Source: Macrostomum lignano (Eukaryota). Taken from it: a stretch of DNA of 64,000 nt. The stretch covers positions 72,537 through 136,536 of the forward strand of contig NIVC01001690.1 in assembly GCA_002269645.1 (NCBI GenBank), written 5' to 3'. Positions 61,506 to 64,000 of this stretch are shown piece by piece. Each line of letters starts with the position of its first letter. Position 1 is the stretch's first letter. The notes below the pieces were generated by a model, which was given only the letters and a program-made list of their open reading frames with translations, searched no databases and was not told where the DNA came from. The position numbers and the translations under genes are program-made.

Positions 61506-63320
61506 GATGACCAGAAGCTATGCAAAGGCTGAAATGTCATGTAGTGTCATGGCCATGGCCCATGGCCCATGCCATGGGCATGGTCATGGAAATGGCCAAA
61601 TGGGGATATGTTGTGACTTTGTGTCATTTTAGTAAAAGTTACTAATTCATTCTACTAATACTGCTAATGACAAAAAAGCCATTTGAAACCATTTGTAGGA
61701 CAATAATCAATATGATAAGGTAAATGGAGATATACCTATATTGGCTATACTAAAAAAAGACTATACCCTGGGCCTGGGCCTGGGATAATTAGTTATTTAC
61801 TTATTTTCTCCCATTTCCACTGAATTCCATACACCCTAGCAGCATATATGCCTAGAAGAATATAAGATCCACAAGTGGCAACAAAGAGCTACAAAATGAC
61901 ACCAAAAACAATAAGATTGGTTCAGGAATTATGGAGATATACCCTAAATAAGTAAAAGTAATATATCTCGGGAAAAATGGTATTTAACAAATTTTTGCCA
62001 ATCTCCACTAAAGTGCATTAATTCCAGCAGCACATGTACACATCAGAATACAGGATCAAAAAGTGGAAACAAAATGCTACAAAATGACACCAAAAGCACC
62101 AAGATTATTTGAAAAATAAAAATGTTATACAGATTTTACTGTGAAAAACATGATTTTTCCTCCAAAAACAGCACAGTTTCTAGTGTATTTGAGATACGAA
62201 AAAGATGCATTTTTTCAGAAGAAAAACCTCAATAACTTTTTTATTACTGAACCGATTTTTAAAACCTTGGTGTCATTTCAATCAGAACATCCAGATCTAC
62301 AAAATGGCATAGTTAAAAGTTAAGAATTCAAAAAAAAAATTTTCTCACTGGACCCCCTAGCATTATGGAATTTAGTGCTTTGCAAAATACAATTGATAGT
62401 TTTTCTTCTATTCTCAAAATAATGAGGTGCCATAAATGGAATTTTAATCCTTAGACCACTATTGTTCTATTTTTATCTTTATAGGCCTATAGATCACGCA
62501 GGTGCAACACTAAGCCAATCTAGCTATCTGGTAACTTGGTAAATGGCCTAGCCAAGGTAAGTTGCAAAAATGCCCATTTGATTAGTACTCTAAATTAAGA
62601 ATGGAATACTAATTAGATTACAAGGTATTTACTCCTGCCATTTACCCAAATCATTGGTACCATTATTGGGGTTGTGGGAAGATCTAGCAATAAGATCATT
62701 GTTTCCTCTTGTTTGTAGGCCTTAGGCCTATGCCATTTTGAATAATAAAGCAGAAGAAAAAAGAAAAAAGTAAAAAATAAACAAAAGTTCTGCTCTCTTG
62801 CAAAAAATCATACAAAAATGCTCATTTTCTACTGTCAGTAGCTTAAAAAAACTTTAAATGCAAAAATGCCTATGCAGGACACTTTAGGCCTACACACAAA
62901 CTGATTATTACATTGTATTTAGATATGAAATCTGTTAGAAACAGCTTTCAAAACTTTGTTGCTTCTTTTCTATAATGAAAAAAAAACTTTTTTTCAATTG
63001 CCTATAGACATATAGTGCATAAACTACAAGCTAAGAAACCACTCTGTGGGAATACCTTTTTTGGATGTGTCTATTGCAATCAAGACACTGCAAAGCCCTG
63101 TTTGAAACCAAACATGTTGAATCATTGCTGTCATTAGAAGGGTTTGAAAAAAAGAAAACAAAATTTCCACTAGCCAAATAAGGATGAATTTTTTCTTGCT
63201 GTTTTGTCTTAGAACACACTTCAATTGCTACTCTGCTTAAATCTAGTCTTTATTGATGTTTAAATAGGCTTAATTTGCTCTAAATTTCAATTTTCCAAAA
63301 CTAGTTTTTTAAGTTGCATC

Positions 63321-63499
63321 CAGTAGCGCAACCAGAAAATTTTTGAGAGGGGCAGATTCTAGAAGGTAAAGTCCTGAGAGAGAGGGCAGAGGCCGGAGGG
63401 GTAGCTCTGTTTTTGGCAAAAATTTGCTTGGTCCCCCCTTAGATTTTTTTGAGTCTTTGCTTTAGGCAAAGCAACTGTCCCCCCCTGCTTGCGCCACTG
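63321..63499. mobile_element. 179-bp hAT MITE
   Basis: TIR CAGT[A/G]GCGCAA; perfect 8-bp TSD GTTGCATC at 63313-63320 and 63500-63507. Confidence 0.9.
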
Positions 63500-64000
63500 G
63501 TTGCATCCTCACTTTGGTTTTTCTACCAAAAAGTAGCCAAGTGTCCATATAACATAACTTGGTATGTGTTGCATATAAAAAACTATTGTATGCCATTTTT
63601 TGTCTAGTTTGCAATGTATATTTTGCTTTTTTTCTACACTAGACACTATACCTTTGTTAGGCTATCAACAAATATTTTTAATAACACTAAGCCTAATATA
63701 AATAAGCATTTCATTTTTTAGGCTAGCACTATCTGAAAGACTGGTTGAAAACTTTTTTACTAATATTTTTATAACTTTTATTTAACAAATTTCTATGCCC
63801 AATATGTCATTTTTTGCTTTTTATCACTTTATTTATAATAAAAGTATATCTAGGCCCTAATAAAGCCAAGGATTAGCAGTTGGACAATATTGTATTTTAA
63901 GATTTTTGAGACTTGAGATCTACCACAAGCAAAAGCATAGTTTAGATCGTGTATTAATATATGCTAGGTCCTAGGTCTAGGCCTAACTAATAGGAGAGAA

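Larger units (their letters stand above)
58210..62359 (-). mobile_element. 4.15-kb TIR DNA transposon derivative (hAT-like TA..TA termini, ~7-bp TSD)
   Basis: Perfect 16-bp TIR TAGGGGGTCCAGTGAG at 58210-58225 and 62344-62359; flanks GCATTAG / GCATTAT; duplicated subterminal blocks at both ends. Confidence 0.75.

Overview
Eukaryotic (animal) genomic DNA with GC-rich exons, spliceosomal introns and a different tandem repeat in most long introns. This style suggests a free-living flatworm such as Macrostomum (inference, not verified). Genes reconstructed by hand from splice sites and frame: a partial neuropeptide-type class A GPCR (-); a divergent orphan class A GPCR (+); an 11-exon transglutaminase (-); a large low-complexity unknown gene (-) head-to-head with a small two-TM protein gene (+); a 3-exon cGAS-like/Mab-21 nucleotidyltransferase (cGLR, -) about 280 nt downstream of a 9-repeat ankyrin gene (-); a fatty-acid-binding protein (-); and a METTL24-like methyltransferase (-). 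Mobile DNA: an intact DD34D mariner with ~190-bp TIRs, a Penelope GIY-YIG inverted repeat carrying two hammerhead ribozymes, four tRNA/CORE SINEs, nested hAT elements, a 4.15-kb TIR element with a spliced ORF lacking a recognisable DDE core, MITEs and LINE remnants. Several genes carry single-base deletions that look like long-read consensus errors. The most interesting items are the ankyrin-cGLR pair, the Penelope palindrome with twin hammerheads, an intronic 40-bp satellite built from splice-site motifs, and a dispersed short element with a covarying hairpin. All coordinates and alignments were derived by eye; no searches were run.
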